From positions 1-53,538 of IMG/VR virus record IMGVR_UViG_3300025833_000212: a DNA stretch of 53,538 bases, one strand, 5' to 3'. Below the pieces are notes generated by a model. The model had not been told where the DNA came from and did no database searches. It saw only the letters and a list, made by a program, of their open reading frames with translations. Origin of the DNA: a virus (Duplodnaviria > Caudoviricetes). Of the stretch, positions 9,419 to 18,344 are shown in pieces. Numbering within the stretch: position 1 is the first letter of the stretch; each line of letters opens with the position of its first letter. The translations under genes and the position numbers were made by a program.

Positions 9419-9526
9419 TCATGGCTTTGCCTTCTTGGATTTTGCTTCAGCGGCTGCGGCTTGGGCTTGGTTTGCAGCCTGGTTCAAGGCCAGCATGCGG
9501 CGCAAAATCTCATCGTCAGGGGTCAT
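9419..9526 (-). pseudogene. 35-aa ORF resembling the extreme C-terminus of a type IIG/IIL R-M enzyme
   Basis: MTPDDEILRRMLALNQAANQAQAAAAEAKSKKAKP; ATGA-coupled to a 28-aa ORF at 9422..9336. Confidence 0.4.
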
Positions 9527-9576
9527 GGGCGGCGTTCTGTGAACTGTTTGAAGCCTGAAGTCTATCCACTCAAACA

Positions 9577-9618
9577 CGGAAAACACCCCTATTTGACCAT
9601 CAGCGCGGGTTCCAAACT
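9577..9618 (+). promoter_or_regulatory. putative late promoter 2
   Basis: CGGAAAACAC + 26 nt + CAAACT, upstream of capsid gene. Confidence 0.7.
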
Positions 9619-9680
9619 ATCCATCAGTCAGCGAATGGCTGATCTTTTTTGTTTGAAACCACTCCTTAAGGACACGCGCC

Positions 9681-11348
9681 ATGAGTAAAAATGTTTACCA
9701 AGAATACGCAAACCGGGACACCGCTGAGGTAGCCCAGTTTGTATCCGCTCTAAAAGAAAACTCTTCCAAGTCAGGCGCTTTTGATTCAGCCTCTGCGGCT
9801 GACTTCATTTCCAGCGTAAGCAACCAAAGATCTACGGTCAAGGTCCCAAAAAACCTGCAAATCGTCTTTGACGAAGCGCAAGACGGCGCTGCTGTTGTGA
9901 CCCGTGCCATTTTGGACGGTGTTGCATCGTATGAAGCCCAGCACGGCATTGCAGCCCCAGCGGATGTGGTTGAGCAAGCGCTGCACCTGGCCTATGCCAC
10001 CACCAATACGGCACGCCGCTCTTACCACCTGGACTCCGCGTCTGACTCAAACGCCAGTGCACCCGGTGGCTTGCAGCCAAACCGCGCCGTAGTGGCTATT
10101 TTGTCGGCCATGGGTGACGCGATTCCTTTTGCGCACTATCTACCAGCCGACATCAGCTCTAATGAAGCGGTGCTGGCAATCATGACGCACCAGGCTGGTA
10201 ACTCATATGGCCGCTACGCCCAGAATGATTTGCTTGACGGTTCTGCATCTGGCAGCGCCTATGTGACATCGGCCCGCGTCAACAAGAGCATGCCCGCTGT
10301 GACTACTGGCGCTGTGACGGGTGCGTTGACTACTATCCAGGACACCGACGACACCTGCGCAGGCGGTGCCGCTGTCAAACTGTTGCGCGGTCGCTCCATT
10401 GTCTACGTGAACGGCCAAATTGCGGCACGCGAAGTGGACTCTACCGGCTCTGGCAATTCCGCCGTGAGTGGCACGATTGTTCTGGCTGGCACTAGCTACG
10501 TGATTGGCGGCACGATCAACACCGACACCGGTTTGTATTCCTTGACCACCAGCCCAGCGCTTGCTGTAACTGTGCCTGTCGTGGTTGAGGGTTTTATTGA
10601 CTACGAGCGTGCGCCTGAGTTGACCCCCACAATCATCACAGCAGTGAATACGTACAAGATGTACGCTAAGCCATGGCGCGTGACGACCCATCAAACCATT
10701 GACAGCCGCACCCAGATGGCCAATGAGCTGGGTCTTGACCCCTACAGCGAGTCGGTGCTGGCCATTCAGGCGCAGTTTGCCAATGAGCGTCATTACGAAG
10801 TGCTGCAAAAAGCCCTGCGTTTGGCAGCCGGCAACCAGGTCACACATGATTTTGCATGGTCTAGTCGTTCGGCTCAAATGAATCGCTCTCAGATTTGGAG
10901 CGATTTTGGTGCGACGCTGGGCGCTGTGTCTCAGCAAATGGCGCTTGACACCATGAACCATGGCATCACCCACCTCTACGTTGGCAAGAACTTGGCTTCG
11001 CAGCTGATGGCCTTGCCGCGCGAGGTGTTTGAGCCCTCTGGTGTGGCCGAGCGTCCATGCATCTTCCGCATTGGCCGCTTGTTCGGTCGCTACGAGGTGT
11101 ACTACTCACCTAAGGTGGTGACCGAGACAGCTAACGCTGGCCAGGTGCTTTGCATTGGCCGCGCTACCGATGTGACCAGAAACCCGTTCATTTTGGGCGA
11201 CGCTGTGCCGCCTACCGTGATCCCATTGGCAGTTGGTCAGGACTTGCGTCAGGGCGCTGGCTTTTATGCCCGCAACTTCACCGCCGTCAACCCGCATGGC
11301 CCATCGTCTTTGGGTTGCGCATTGATCAACGTCACCAATCTCGCCTAA
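9681..11348 (+). CDS. major capsid protein (P1 gp23-like)
   Basis: 555 aa, strong RBS, size and C-terminal HK97-fold-like segments (QMANELGLD, IFRIGRLFGRYEVYYSP); downstream of late promoter. Confidence 0.75.
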   Translation: MSKNVYQEYANRDTAEVAQFVSALKENSSKSGAFDSASAADFISSVSNQRSTVKVPKNLQIVFDEAQDGAAVVTRAILDGVASYEAQHGIAAPADVVEQALHLAYATTNTARRSYHLDSASDSNASAPGGLQPNRAVVAILSAMGDAIPFAHYLPADISSNEAVLAIMTHQAGNSYGRYAQNDLLDGSASGSAYVTSARVNKSMPAVTTGAVTGALTTIQDTDDTCAGGAAVKLLRGRSIVYVNGQIAAREVDSTGSGNSAVSGTIVLAGTSYVIGGTINTDTGLYSLTTSPALAVTVPVVVEGFIDYERAPELTPTIITAVNTYKMYAKPWRVTTHQTIDSRTQMANELGLDPYSESVLAIQAQFANERHYEVLQKALRLAAGNQVTHDFAWSSRSAQMNRSQIWSDFGATLGAVSQQMALDTMNHGITHLYVGKNLASQLMALPREVFEPSGVAERPCIFRIGRLFGRYEVYYSPKVVTETANAGQVLCIGRATDVTRNPFILGDAVPPTVIPLAVGQDLRQGAGFYARNFTAVNPHGPSSLGCALINVTNLA

Positions 11349-11374
11349 CCAAGGCAAAAAACAGGAGCACTGAT

Positions 11375-11734
11375 ATGACACGTAAAGTCGAATTAGGCGC
11401 TCCTTCCCTCACCGGGAAGGACGCCAACGAACTAGTAGCAGCTGAGTTTTCAAAAGTCAAGTACCCACTGGCCGTGGTGGTCACCAACAACATGCCTTGC
11501 AACGCGGTTTTCCCAGAAGTTGAAGGCCTGTTTTTAAGCCACTGCGCCAATGCAGCGGGCCGCGTCAAGGCAGTCGTGATTGAGAGTGCTGACGCATTCC
11601 AGCGCCTAGCTTCCAGTATTGAACAGATTGCAGAACTCAATGGCTTTGCCTCTGCCGTGACCATCGAAGAGGTTGAAGTGATTGCGCCCGTCAAAGGCAA
11701 AGCCACGCAACCTGTTGCAGCCACTGCTGCGTAA
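11375..11734 (+). CDS. hypothetical virion protein
   Basis: AGGAG RBS, 119 aa between capsid and sheath. Confidence 0.55.
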   Translation: MTRKVELGAPSLTGKDANELVAAEFSKVKYPLAVVVTNNMPCNAVFPEVEGLFLSHCANAAGRVKAVVIESADAFQRLASSIEQIAELNGFASAVTIEEVEVIAPVKGKATQPVAATAA

Positions 11735-11744
11735 GGGGCTGTAA

Positions 11745-13385
11745 ATGAGTACCGCATTTGTACGACAACTCGGTGCTGAATCTGGCGTCCAGCTTAATCC
11801 CCTGGTTGACAATTCAGAAATCCCGACAAGCAGCAACGATGACCAGATTTTTGGCATCGTGATGCGCGCCACCCGTGGCCGCATTGACAAGCCTTTCAAG
11901 GTTGACCGAAGCACGGTGTTCAAGAAGTTGGGCAAGGGCGAACAAATCCGCACATCTGCACTCAATGAAGCTTGGGTGCATGTGGTAGAGGCACTGAACA
12001 ACGGCGCTTATGAGGCCGTGGTGCAGCGCCTGACTACGCCTGCGGCTGCCATCAGTTGGGCTGGCCTGACTGTGACGCCTGTCACTTTTGCCAACGCGTT
12101 TGCCGTGACTCCCACCGAACCCACCGGGCACCTGATCGGCGTGAAGCACCTGGAGTGCTACAACGACGGCATTGTGCTGGAAGTCCGAGCGGACGAGAAA
12201 AAGGTCGGCGGCGTGGCTATTGCCAACAACGTGGTGACCTTGCGCATCCGTGACAAAGACGGCGTTCTGCTGTATGAATTCACGGGCTCGCTTGACCCTG
12301 CCGCGCGAGATGATTACGGCAATTCGTCCTATCTGCCTGATGTGGTGCTGTCTTTGACTGATGCAGTTGAGGTATCTGTCGGTGTGACGGGTGCAAGTGC
12401 AGCGATTGAGCCCACCTCGATGGCTTATGGCTACGACGCCAACGGCAAAGAGCAATGGGCCAAGTCCGGCACGCTGGTGTGCTTCACTGAGGGCGGAATG
12501 GGTTACGCCACAGCGGACTACATGGCTGCACGGGTCTTGCTGCAAAACACCGTGTTCAACTATGCCTACATCTCCAGTGGTGGCACGCAAGCCCCCGTCC
12601 TTTTGGCGCAACTGGCGCAGCTGGCGTTTGACACCAACCGGCAACTGCGCTTTGACATCCCGGGTAACCTGAACCCAGAGGCTGCGATCACCTTCGTCGA
12701 GCAGTTGAACATGGGTGCCAGCCCAACCGCTCACCTGATGCACGCCTTTTGGGCGCCACTCAAGTCCGATGATCCAACTGGCGTTAATGCCAAGGGTCAT
12801 TTTGGTGTGGCTACGCTGAACATTGCTTACGCTTGCGGGCGCAATGCACAGACCAATGCCAAGGGCTTTGCGCCAAAGAACTACGTGGTGGCGGGCCGCC
12901 AGTGGCCAATCCAGCGGGTTCGCGTGACGCAGACCTATAGCCCCACCGGGCAGGAGTTGAATGCGCTTGCCAAAGCCAAGATCAACCCTGTTCTGTTTGA
13001 GGTATACACCGGTGGCGGCCGTTATGTGTTCCGTGACTCGTTGACTTCCGCCTTGGTCGAATCCAGCCTTAAAAAGCTGATTTCGGTAGCCGACATGTCA
13101 ACAAGCATTGATGATGCAGTAACCCGCTTCAGCAAAGACATTCTGCAACTGCCGATGCAAATCTCGGTTAAGCGCATGAATGACTTTTTGGGCGAGTTGT
13201 TTGCAGGCGCTGAGGCCTCTGGTTGGCTGGTTCCGTCAAACGACCCATCCATGGCGGGAAAGGCATTCAAGTATGACGTTCGACCCAATGAGGTTCGCCC
13301 TTACGACCGCATGGATGTCAGCTACTGGCTGCGCTATGACGGCACGGTGCGTCAGATTTTTGTCACCCAGACGCTGACACGCTAA
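11745..13385 (+). CDS. contractile tail sheath protein (P1 gp22-like)
   Basis: 546 aa; N-terminal RGRIDKPFKV, C-terminal LNALAKAKINPV...FRDSLT...FKYDVRP...MDVSYWLRYDGTVRQI typical of sheath domain 1. Confidence 0.75.
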   Translation: MSTAFVRQLGAESGVQLNPLVDNSEIPTSSNDDQIFGIVMRATRGRIDKPFKVDRSTVFKKLGKGEQIRTSALNEAWVHVVEALNNGAYEAVVQRLTTPAAAISWAGLTVTPVTFANAFAVTPTEPTGHLIGVKHLECYNDGIVLEVRADEKKVGGVAIANNVVTLRIRDKDGVLLYEFTGSLDPAARDDYGNSSYLPDVVLSLTDAVEVSVGVTGASAAIEPTSMAYGYDANGKEQWAKSGTLVCFTEGGMGYATADYMAARVLLQNTVFNYAYISSGGTQAPVLLAQLAQLAFDTNRQLRFDIPGNLNPEAAITFVEQLNMGASPTAHLMHAFWAPLKSDDPTGVNAKGHFGVATLNIAYACGRNAQTNAKGFAPKNYVVAGRQWPIQRVRVTQTYSPTGQELNALAKAKINPVLFEVYTGGGRYVFRDSLTSALVESSLKKLISVADMSTSIDDAVTRFSKDILQLPMQISVKRMNDFLGELFAGAEASGWLVPSNDPSMAGKAFKYDVRPNEVRPYDRMDVSYWLRYDGTVRQIFVTQTLTR

Positions 13386-13438
13386 CCCATCAATCGCCCG
13401 GCCTGATGGCTGGGCGGTTCCAAACAAGGAGAAAAGTA

Positions 13439-14464
13439 ATGAGTTTGACCGAACTAATGCGCCGCGCCATGAGCCACCGCGAGACCGCCAAAGTCCTGGA
13501 TGCTGTGGCTGAGGAAAATGACGAAATGTCAAACGCTGATGACTTTACCGTCAAAGAGCTGACTTTGAGCGCCGCCGCCGCCGTGCAGCAATGGGCTGAA
13601 ACCGATGACCTTGATGAAGGTGAATCCGGCGCTGACCGCTTGATGTCTTTGATGGTAGGAATTGTGGATGCTGACAAAAATGGCGAGATTGATGAAGATG
13701 AGCAGGGCGTGCTTGATGTGGTGCTCAATGCAGCCTGGGATTACCTGGGCACACTTGGCGTGACCGATGAAGACGCCGGCGCATTGCTCAACGACTGGGA
13801 CGCCGACACCGCCGACCGGGTACGCGAGCTGGTTGCGGCCGCATTGCCAGACGGCGAGCAGTCTGACTCTGATCTGGATGATTTTGTCTTTGGCGACAAC
13901 GACCAGGAAGCCGAAGACCTTGATGGCTACACCGCTGAAAACGAATGGGACGCCACCCCCGAGGTTGATGAAGACGGTAATGAAAAAGAAGCCGTGCTCG
14001 ATGGTGATTTCAAGGGGCACCCATTCCGGGGCAACCAGTTCAAAAAAGGCGGCGCCTCGTCTAGTTCGGCTGTGCGTGCGTCTATTTCTGCCAAGCATGC
14101 CGAGCGTCATGGGGATGCCAGGTCTACCAAAAAAGCACACACCACAGCGCACTTCGCGCACAAGGCGGCAGCGGCCGAGGCAACCACCAAAAAAGCCAAA
14201 ACTTACCATAAAAAAATGGCAAAGTTTCATGGCTCACAGGCAGGCATGGCACTTGATGGTGTAGCCCTGGATGCGGCTTACCGCAAGCGCTTCGTAATCC
14301 GTGGCGGCAAGAAAATGCGCGTGAATAAGCGAATCTCTGGTGTGGTTCGATTGTCGGCCAAGCAAAAGATGGGCATTCGCAAGATGCACATGAAGAGTCA
14401 CAGTGCATCAGCCCGGATGCACCGCATGAAATCCATGCGCATGCGCACCAAGATGCACATGTAA
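13439..14464 (+). CDS. internal head / prohead core-like protein (acidic N-terminus, very basic C-terminus)
   Basis: D/E-rich first half; C-terminal RLSAKQKMGIRKMHMKSHSASARMHRMKSMRMR reminiscent of T4-type prohead core proteins. Confidence 0.55.
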   Translation: MSLTELMRRAMSHRETAKVLDAVAEENDEMSNADDFTVKELTLSAAAAVQQWAETDDLDEGESGADRLMSLMVGIVDADKNGEIDEDEQGVLDVVLNAAWDYLGTLGVTDEDAGALLNDWDADTADRVRELVAAALPDGEQSDSDLDDFVFGDNDQEAEDLDGYTAENEWDATPEVDEDGNEKEAVLDGDFKGHPFRGNQFKKGGASSSSAVRASISAKHAERHGDARSTKKAHTTAHFAHKAAAAEATTKKAKTYHKKMAKFHGSQAGMALDGVALDAAYRKRFVIRGGKKMRVNKRISGVVRLSAKQKMGIRKMHMKSHSASARMHRMKSMRMRTKMHM

Positions 14465-14487
14465 ATGTAGATCGGCTTTTGGGTGTG

Positions 14488-14521
14488 GGGTGTCTCTGTC
14501 GCAAGCGGGGGCACCCTTTTT
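14488..14521 (+). terminator. intrinsic terminator
   Basis: GGGTGTCTCTG / CGGGGGCACCC stem followed by TTTTT. Confidence 0.75.
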
Positions 14522-14538
14522 AACTGGAGGAAGAATTG

Positions 14539-15315
14539 ATGGCCGATTTAACGTCGATATGGGGAGGGTTGTCGCCTCACTTGATCGCCCACTTTTACCG
14601 GGTCGAAAAGGCCAAGGACGGCACCTGGGTTAAGGCGCAAGAGGATGTCACTGTCCATGCGCCACTGACGGAGTCCAACATGGAGGTGTCGCTGAGCTGG
14701 CAAAGCCCGTTTGAGAACGCCGGGTCTGACCACGGCCTTCCGACCATATCGGCCATGCTGCAATCTGGATCGCTCCAACCATTTTTTGACCAAGGTGGCA
14801 AGGCATCTGATTTTGTCAGCAAGTTTGAGGGGCGCACCGGCATCACCAAGCTCAACTCCGTGCAGGTGTTCACCGGCATGCCGCCTGTCAAAATTCAGGT
14901 CACGGCCATGTTCAGGGCATGGCGAGACTCAAGCGGAGAGGTTGAAGTGCCATTCAGCCAGCTGATGGAATGGGCGCTTCCTCAGAGCCTGTCAAAAGAC
15001 GGCGCTATCTTGTCCGGGTTGGCGGCTGTCAAAAAAGTTACAGTGAACGGACAGAGCATCAGCGATGAGACAGCCAAGGGCTTGTACCCATCCCTGACGC
15101 CCGTCTGCATCGCCATGCAATACAAAACCCGGCTTTATTCGCCTCTGGTGATCGAATCCATTGGGCATCCCATGAGTTCACCCATTGATGCCAGCGGCCA
15201 GTACACCGAACTGCTGGTACCCATGACGCTGTGCACCCTGACGGCATTCGATGCGCCCGATTGGCGTGATTCCAGAGTTCCTTCAGTCTTTGCTTCAACA
15301 AGGAGAGGTATGTGA
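14539..15315 (+). CDS. baseplate/tail tube initiator-like protein
   Basis: GGAGG RBS; SLSWQSPFE, QVFTGMPPVKIQVTAMFRAW, PLVIESI segments typical of gp48/54-like proteins. Confidence 0.5.
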   Translation: MADLTSIWGGLSPHLIAHFYRVEKAKDGTWVKAQEDVTVHAPLTESNMEVSLSWQSPFENAGSDHGLPTISAMLQSGSLQPFFDQGGKASDFVSKFEGRTGITKLNSVQVFTGMPPVKIQVTAMFRAWRDSSGEVEVPFSQLMEWALPQSLSKDGAILSGLAAVKKVTVNGQSISDETAKGLYPSLTPVCIAMQYKTRLYSPLVIESIGHPMSSPIDASGQYTELLVPMTLCTLTAFDAPDWRDSRVPSVFASTRRGM

Positions 15316-16055
15316 TCAATTTTCCTGTACTTAGAACCCGACGGCTTACCGTGCAATTGCGCGAGCTGTCCATTGGCGAGTCGATTGCCTTGGCGGCCAT
15401 GCCGGTGCACCTTGAGCAAGCCAACTGCACCGCTTTTCTGCGCAAAGCGGTAGGCTCAGTCAAAGGCATCGAAGATCCGGCGCAATGGACCGTGCAAGAG
15501 CGCATGCTGGTGGTTTGCCATTATCTGGCTTCGGTGCACGAAGACGGGCCTGACTTTTCATTGGGGGATGGCCACTATTCGGACTACCTCGACGGCGCTA
15601 CTGACATCGCCTTGCCGGTGGCCGCCTTGGGCATTGGCGCCGTGGGGGGTGATGAATGGCAGATCAGGCACATGACCGGCGCTATGGCGGAGTCGATTGA
15701 ACGCTCCATGGGAGAAGTGGAGGGCGTCAGCGGGCGCCTGCATTGGCTGCTTGGCAGCATGGCGGCGCAACTGGTGCTGGTGAGTGAAGTGCCGGTGGAG
15801 CCCACCAGTGGGGAGGGTGCGTTTGATGAATTTCTGGCTGCCCGCATGAAGGTGATCGCAGGCTACCCGGAGAGCGATTTCTCTGACCTGATGGCACGCT
15901 ACGCAGAGGGCCGAGACAAGTTGCACCACCTGCTGCGGGCTGAGTTTGCGCCCGATGGCCTGGTGGCCTTGCCAAAAGGAGGTGGCGCTTTACCGCCCGC
16001 CCGATTTCCAGTTCGTTCCTGCCTCTCGAGAATGGCGCTTGAAATGGTCGGATAA
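15312..16055 (+). CDS. putative tail/baseplate hub assembly chaperone
   Basis: GTGA-coupled; QLRELSIGESI and QIRHMTGAMAESIE internal duplication typical of hub/tail chaperones. Confidence 0.45.
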   Translation: MINFPVLRTRRLTVQLRELSIGESIALAAMPVHLEQANCTAFLRKAVGSVKGIEDPAQWTVQERMLVVCHYLASVHEDGPDFSLGDGHYSDYLDGATDIALPVAALGIGAVGGDEWQIRHMTGAMAESIERSMGEVEGVSGRLHWLLGSMAAQLVLVSEVPVEPTSGEGAFDEFLAARMKVIAGYPESDFSDLMARYAEGRDKLHHLLRAEFAPDGLVALPKGGGALPPARFPVRSCLSRMALEMVG

Positions 16056-16059
16056 CCTG

Positions 16060-16284
16060 ATGGATATGGCCTCTAGCCTGAGCCTGTATGCCAACACCCC
16101 GCTGCCTGCCGCGCTTGACATGCAGTCCAGTGTGGCGCGCCAGTTCTTTGAAGGCAAGCCGTTTGAGAATTGGCGCAAAGGGCGTGAGTCGGATCTGAAA
16201 ATGCAGTCCGCCATCGTCAATCGGCTCAATGATGTGATTCGAGCGTGCGGGATTGTGGCCAAGACGGTATCAAGGTCACGCTGA
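16060..16284 (+). CDS. small tail assembly protein (possible frameshift extension of upstream gene)
   Basis: open frame 15946-16284 overlaps upstream gene in +1 frame; weak RBS. Confidence 0.45.
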   Translation: MDMASSLSLYANTPLPAALDMQSSVARQFFEGKPFENWRKGRESDLKMQSAIVNRLNDVIRACGIVAKTVSRSR

Positions 16285-16287
16285 ACA

Positions 16288-16329
16288 CGGAAAACACCCC
16301 TGTTTGCGGGTGATGGTGAATCTTAAAGT
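16288..16329 (+). promoter_or_regulatory. putative late promoter 3
   Basis: CGGAAAACAC + 26 nt + TAAAGT. Confidence 0.7.
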
Positions 16330-16366
16330 TTGACGCATCAGCCAGTCAATCTTCAAGGACACCATC

Positions 16367-16882
16367 ATGACCGTCTCAAACGCCGCTTACCTCAAATCAT
16401 TTCACGATGTCACCGTAGGCCTTGGCCACAAGATCATCAACTCGGATTTCACCTTTGAAATTGAGGGCTTTGAGCAGTATTACATGCTGGCAAAGCAATG
16501 CCCATGGCCAATTTTGACGCCCGCAGAGGGTATTGAGGTGCCCACCGTGCTGGGCGCGGCTTTGTGGGAAAAGGGCCAGGTCAAGTTCCATCAACAGGGC
16601 GCCGTGGCCTTCCAGGAAACCCAGCTCGGGCACATCGATAAGCTGCTGATCGACTTGATCTCCAAAGGCGGCGAGTTCAATGCCAAGATTTACGAGGGTA
16701 CGCCGCAAAAATTCCTGGTCGCCAAAAAGATCATCAAGTGCACCATTCAGGCCGACCCGGTTGACCGTGATTGGGAAAACCGCACCCAGCCCATGATGAT
16801 CACCGGCACTATGTTCTACCACTACTACGGGGAAACTGTGAGTGGTACATCTACGCCTGGCGATGAAAGCGCCTACCGTTAA
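16367..16882 (+). CDS. tail tube protein (P1 BplB-like)
   Basis: 171 aa, own late promoter and AAGGA RBS; DFTFEIEG...CPWP...IEVP...VAFQET tube-fold pattern. Confidence 0.6.
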   Translation: MTVSNAAYLKSFHDVTVGLGHKIINSDFTFEIEGFEQYYMLAKQCPWPILTPAEGIEVPTVLGAALWEKGQVKFHQQGAVAFQETQLGHIDKLLIDLISKGGEFNAKIYEGTPQKFLVAKKIIKCTIQADPVDRDWENRTQPMMITGTMFYHYYGETVSGTSTPGDESAYR

Positions 16883-17283
16883 TGGCAACACTGGCTGAAC
16901 TGGCAGACCGCTTTGCGCTGACTGAGCGGCCTGCTGGCAACTTGCTGGATGCAGCGGGCGTTTTGGCGCAAGCCATTGCGGCCGCCAACTTTTATGCCGG
17001 GTATGCGCAGATCATCTCGCGCATCCCTGACCCGCTGGTCATTCCGGCTGCGGCCATCCCGTCCATTGCAGACACCACCGAGATCAGCGAGTCCGAGTGG
17101 GCACTGATCCGGTCGCTGTTCATGCTTTACGTGGAGCGCGAAACAGCGCTGCAGCTGGAGGCCTCACGCGGACTGGGCATGGATGTTTACGGGCGCGCCT
17201 CCAGCGAGGTAGCAGCAGACATCATGCAAATGGAGCTGGAATTGCCGCACCAAGCGTTTGTTGGTTTGATTGTGACGGTATGA
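16882..17283 (+). CDS. putative head-tail connector protein
   Basis: coupled helical 133-aa ORF in structural operon. Confidence 0.4.
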   Translation: MATLAELADRFALTERPAGNLLDAAGVLAQAIAAANFYAGYAQIISRIPDPLVIPAAAIPSIADTTEISESEWALIRSLFMLYVERETALQLEASRGLGMDVYGRASSEVAADIMQMELELPHQAFVGLIVTV

Positions 17284-18344
17284 CGACTCTCTTAAAAGCG
17301 CCATTCCCCTATTTTGGAGGAAAGTCCGGTGCAGTCTCTGAGGTGTGGGCCGCATTGGGCGATGTGAAAAACTACGTCGAACCCTTTATGGGCAGCGCAG
17401 CCATGCTGCTTGGCGCACCTGATGGCAAACGCGTTGAAACTGCAAACGACTTTGATGGCTTTGTGGCTAACTTTTGGCGCGCCATTGCACACGATCCCGA
17501 TGCTGTGGCGCACCATGCCGATTGGCCAGTGAATGAGATTGATCTCGAAGCTAGAAACTGGTGGTTAACAAAACAAAGAGATGAGTTTAAGCAAAAACTT
17601 GGAGACCCGAACTTTTTTGATGCCAAAGTGGCTGGATGGTGGTGTTGGGGGATGTGCAACTCAATTGCCTGTGGTTGGGTTGCAGGAAAAAGCCCGTGGA
17701 CGCATAACGGTGAAAATTGGGACAAGCGTCCACGAAGTGGGAATAAACACATCATTCCGCATCTAGGCGATGCTGGCCGGGGCATCAACCGCCAACTCCC
17801 GCATCTGCACCGTGGTCAGGGCATCAACCGCGCTACCGGCACTATGACCAGGCGCGAATTCATTTTTAACTGGATGAATGACTTGCATACCCGCTTGCGT
17901 GACGTGCGCATCACTTGCGGAGACTGGAGCCGGGTAGTGAAAGACAGCGTAACTACCAGGCATGGCCTGACTGGTATTTTTCTCGACCCACCATACGAGA
18001 AGGGTGCGATGGATTACGGCGCGGGCGGCATGAAGCAAGGCATTGCAAAAGACGTGCAGGCTTGGTGCGCAGCCAATGGCGACAACCCCAAGATCAGAAT
18101 AGTTTTGTGTGGCCACGTCAACGAACACGACGCACTGCTTGAGCACGGTTGGCACATCCGCAAGTGGCAAGCCAGATTGGGTTACGCCAAAACCGACGAG
18201 GCCGTTGCCAACAGCGCAGGTGAAACCCTGTGGTGCAGCCCGCATTGTGTTTCTGAATTTATGCCAAATCACCCCGCAGCGCCCGTCAAAAATGAGCAAG
18301 CAACTACGCAAAATGTAGCGCAATTGGACTTGATAGGCGCATGA
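17280..18344 (+). CDS. D12-class (Dam-like) DNA adenine methyltransferase
   Basis: PFPYFGGKS, YVEPFMGSAA, ND, FLDPPY motifs. Confidence 0.85.
   Translation: MTTLLKAPFPYFGGKSGAVSEVWAALGDVKNYVEPFMGSAAMLLGAPDGKRVETANDFDGFVANFWRAIAHDPDAVAHHADWPVNEIDLEARNWWLTKQRDEFKQKLGDPNFFDAKVAGWWCWGMCNSIACGWVAGKSPWTHNGENWDKRPRSGNKHIIPHLGDAGRGINRQLPHLHRGQGINRATGTMTRREFIFNWMNDLHTRLRDVRITCGDWSRVVKDSVTTRHGLTGIFLDPPYEKGAMDYGAGGMKQGIAKDVQAWCAANGDNPKIRIVLCGHVNEHDALLEHGWHIRKWQARLGYAKTDEAVANSAGETLWCSPHCVSEFMPNHPAAPVKNEQATTQNVAQLDLIGA
18258..18320 (-). repeat. palindromic element copy E, forms C-terminus of the methyltransferase
   Basis: reverse complement GCTACATTTTGCGTAGTTGCTTGCTC...GCGCTGCGGGGTGATTTGGCATAAA; encodes MPNHPAAPVKNEQATTQNVA. 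Confidence 0.6.

Noticed and set aside
11814-12800. 328-aa minus-strand ORF and similar long antisense ORFs (1531-2406, 10203-10973, 38943-39722)
   Set aside because: Codon-bias shadows of well-supported + strand genes
13392-13419. Hairpin AATCGCCCGGCC/GGCTGGGCGGTT after the sheath gene as a terminator
   Set aside because: No U-tract; more likely an mRNA-stabilising stem
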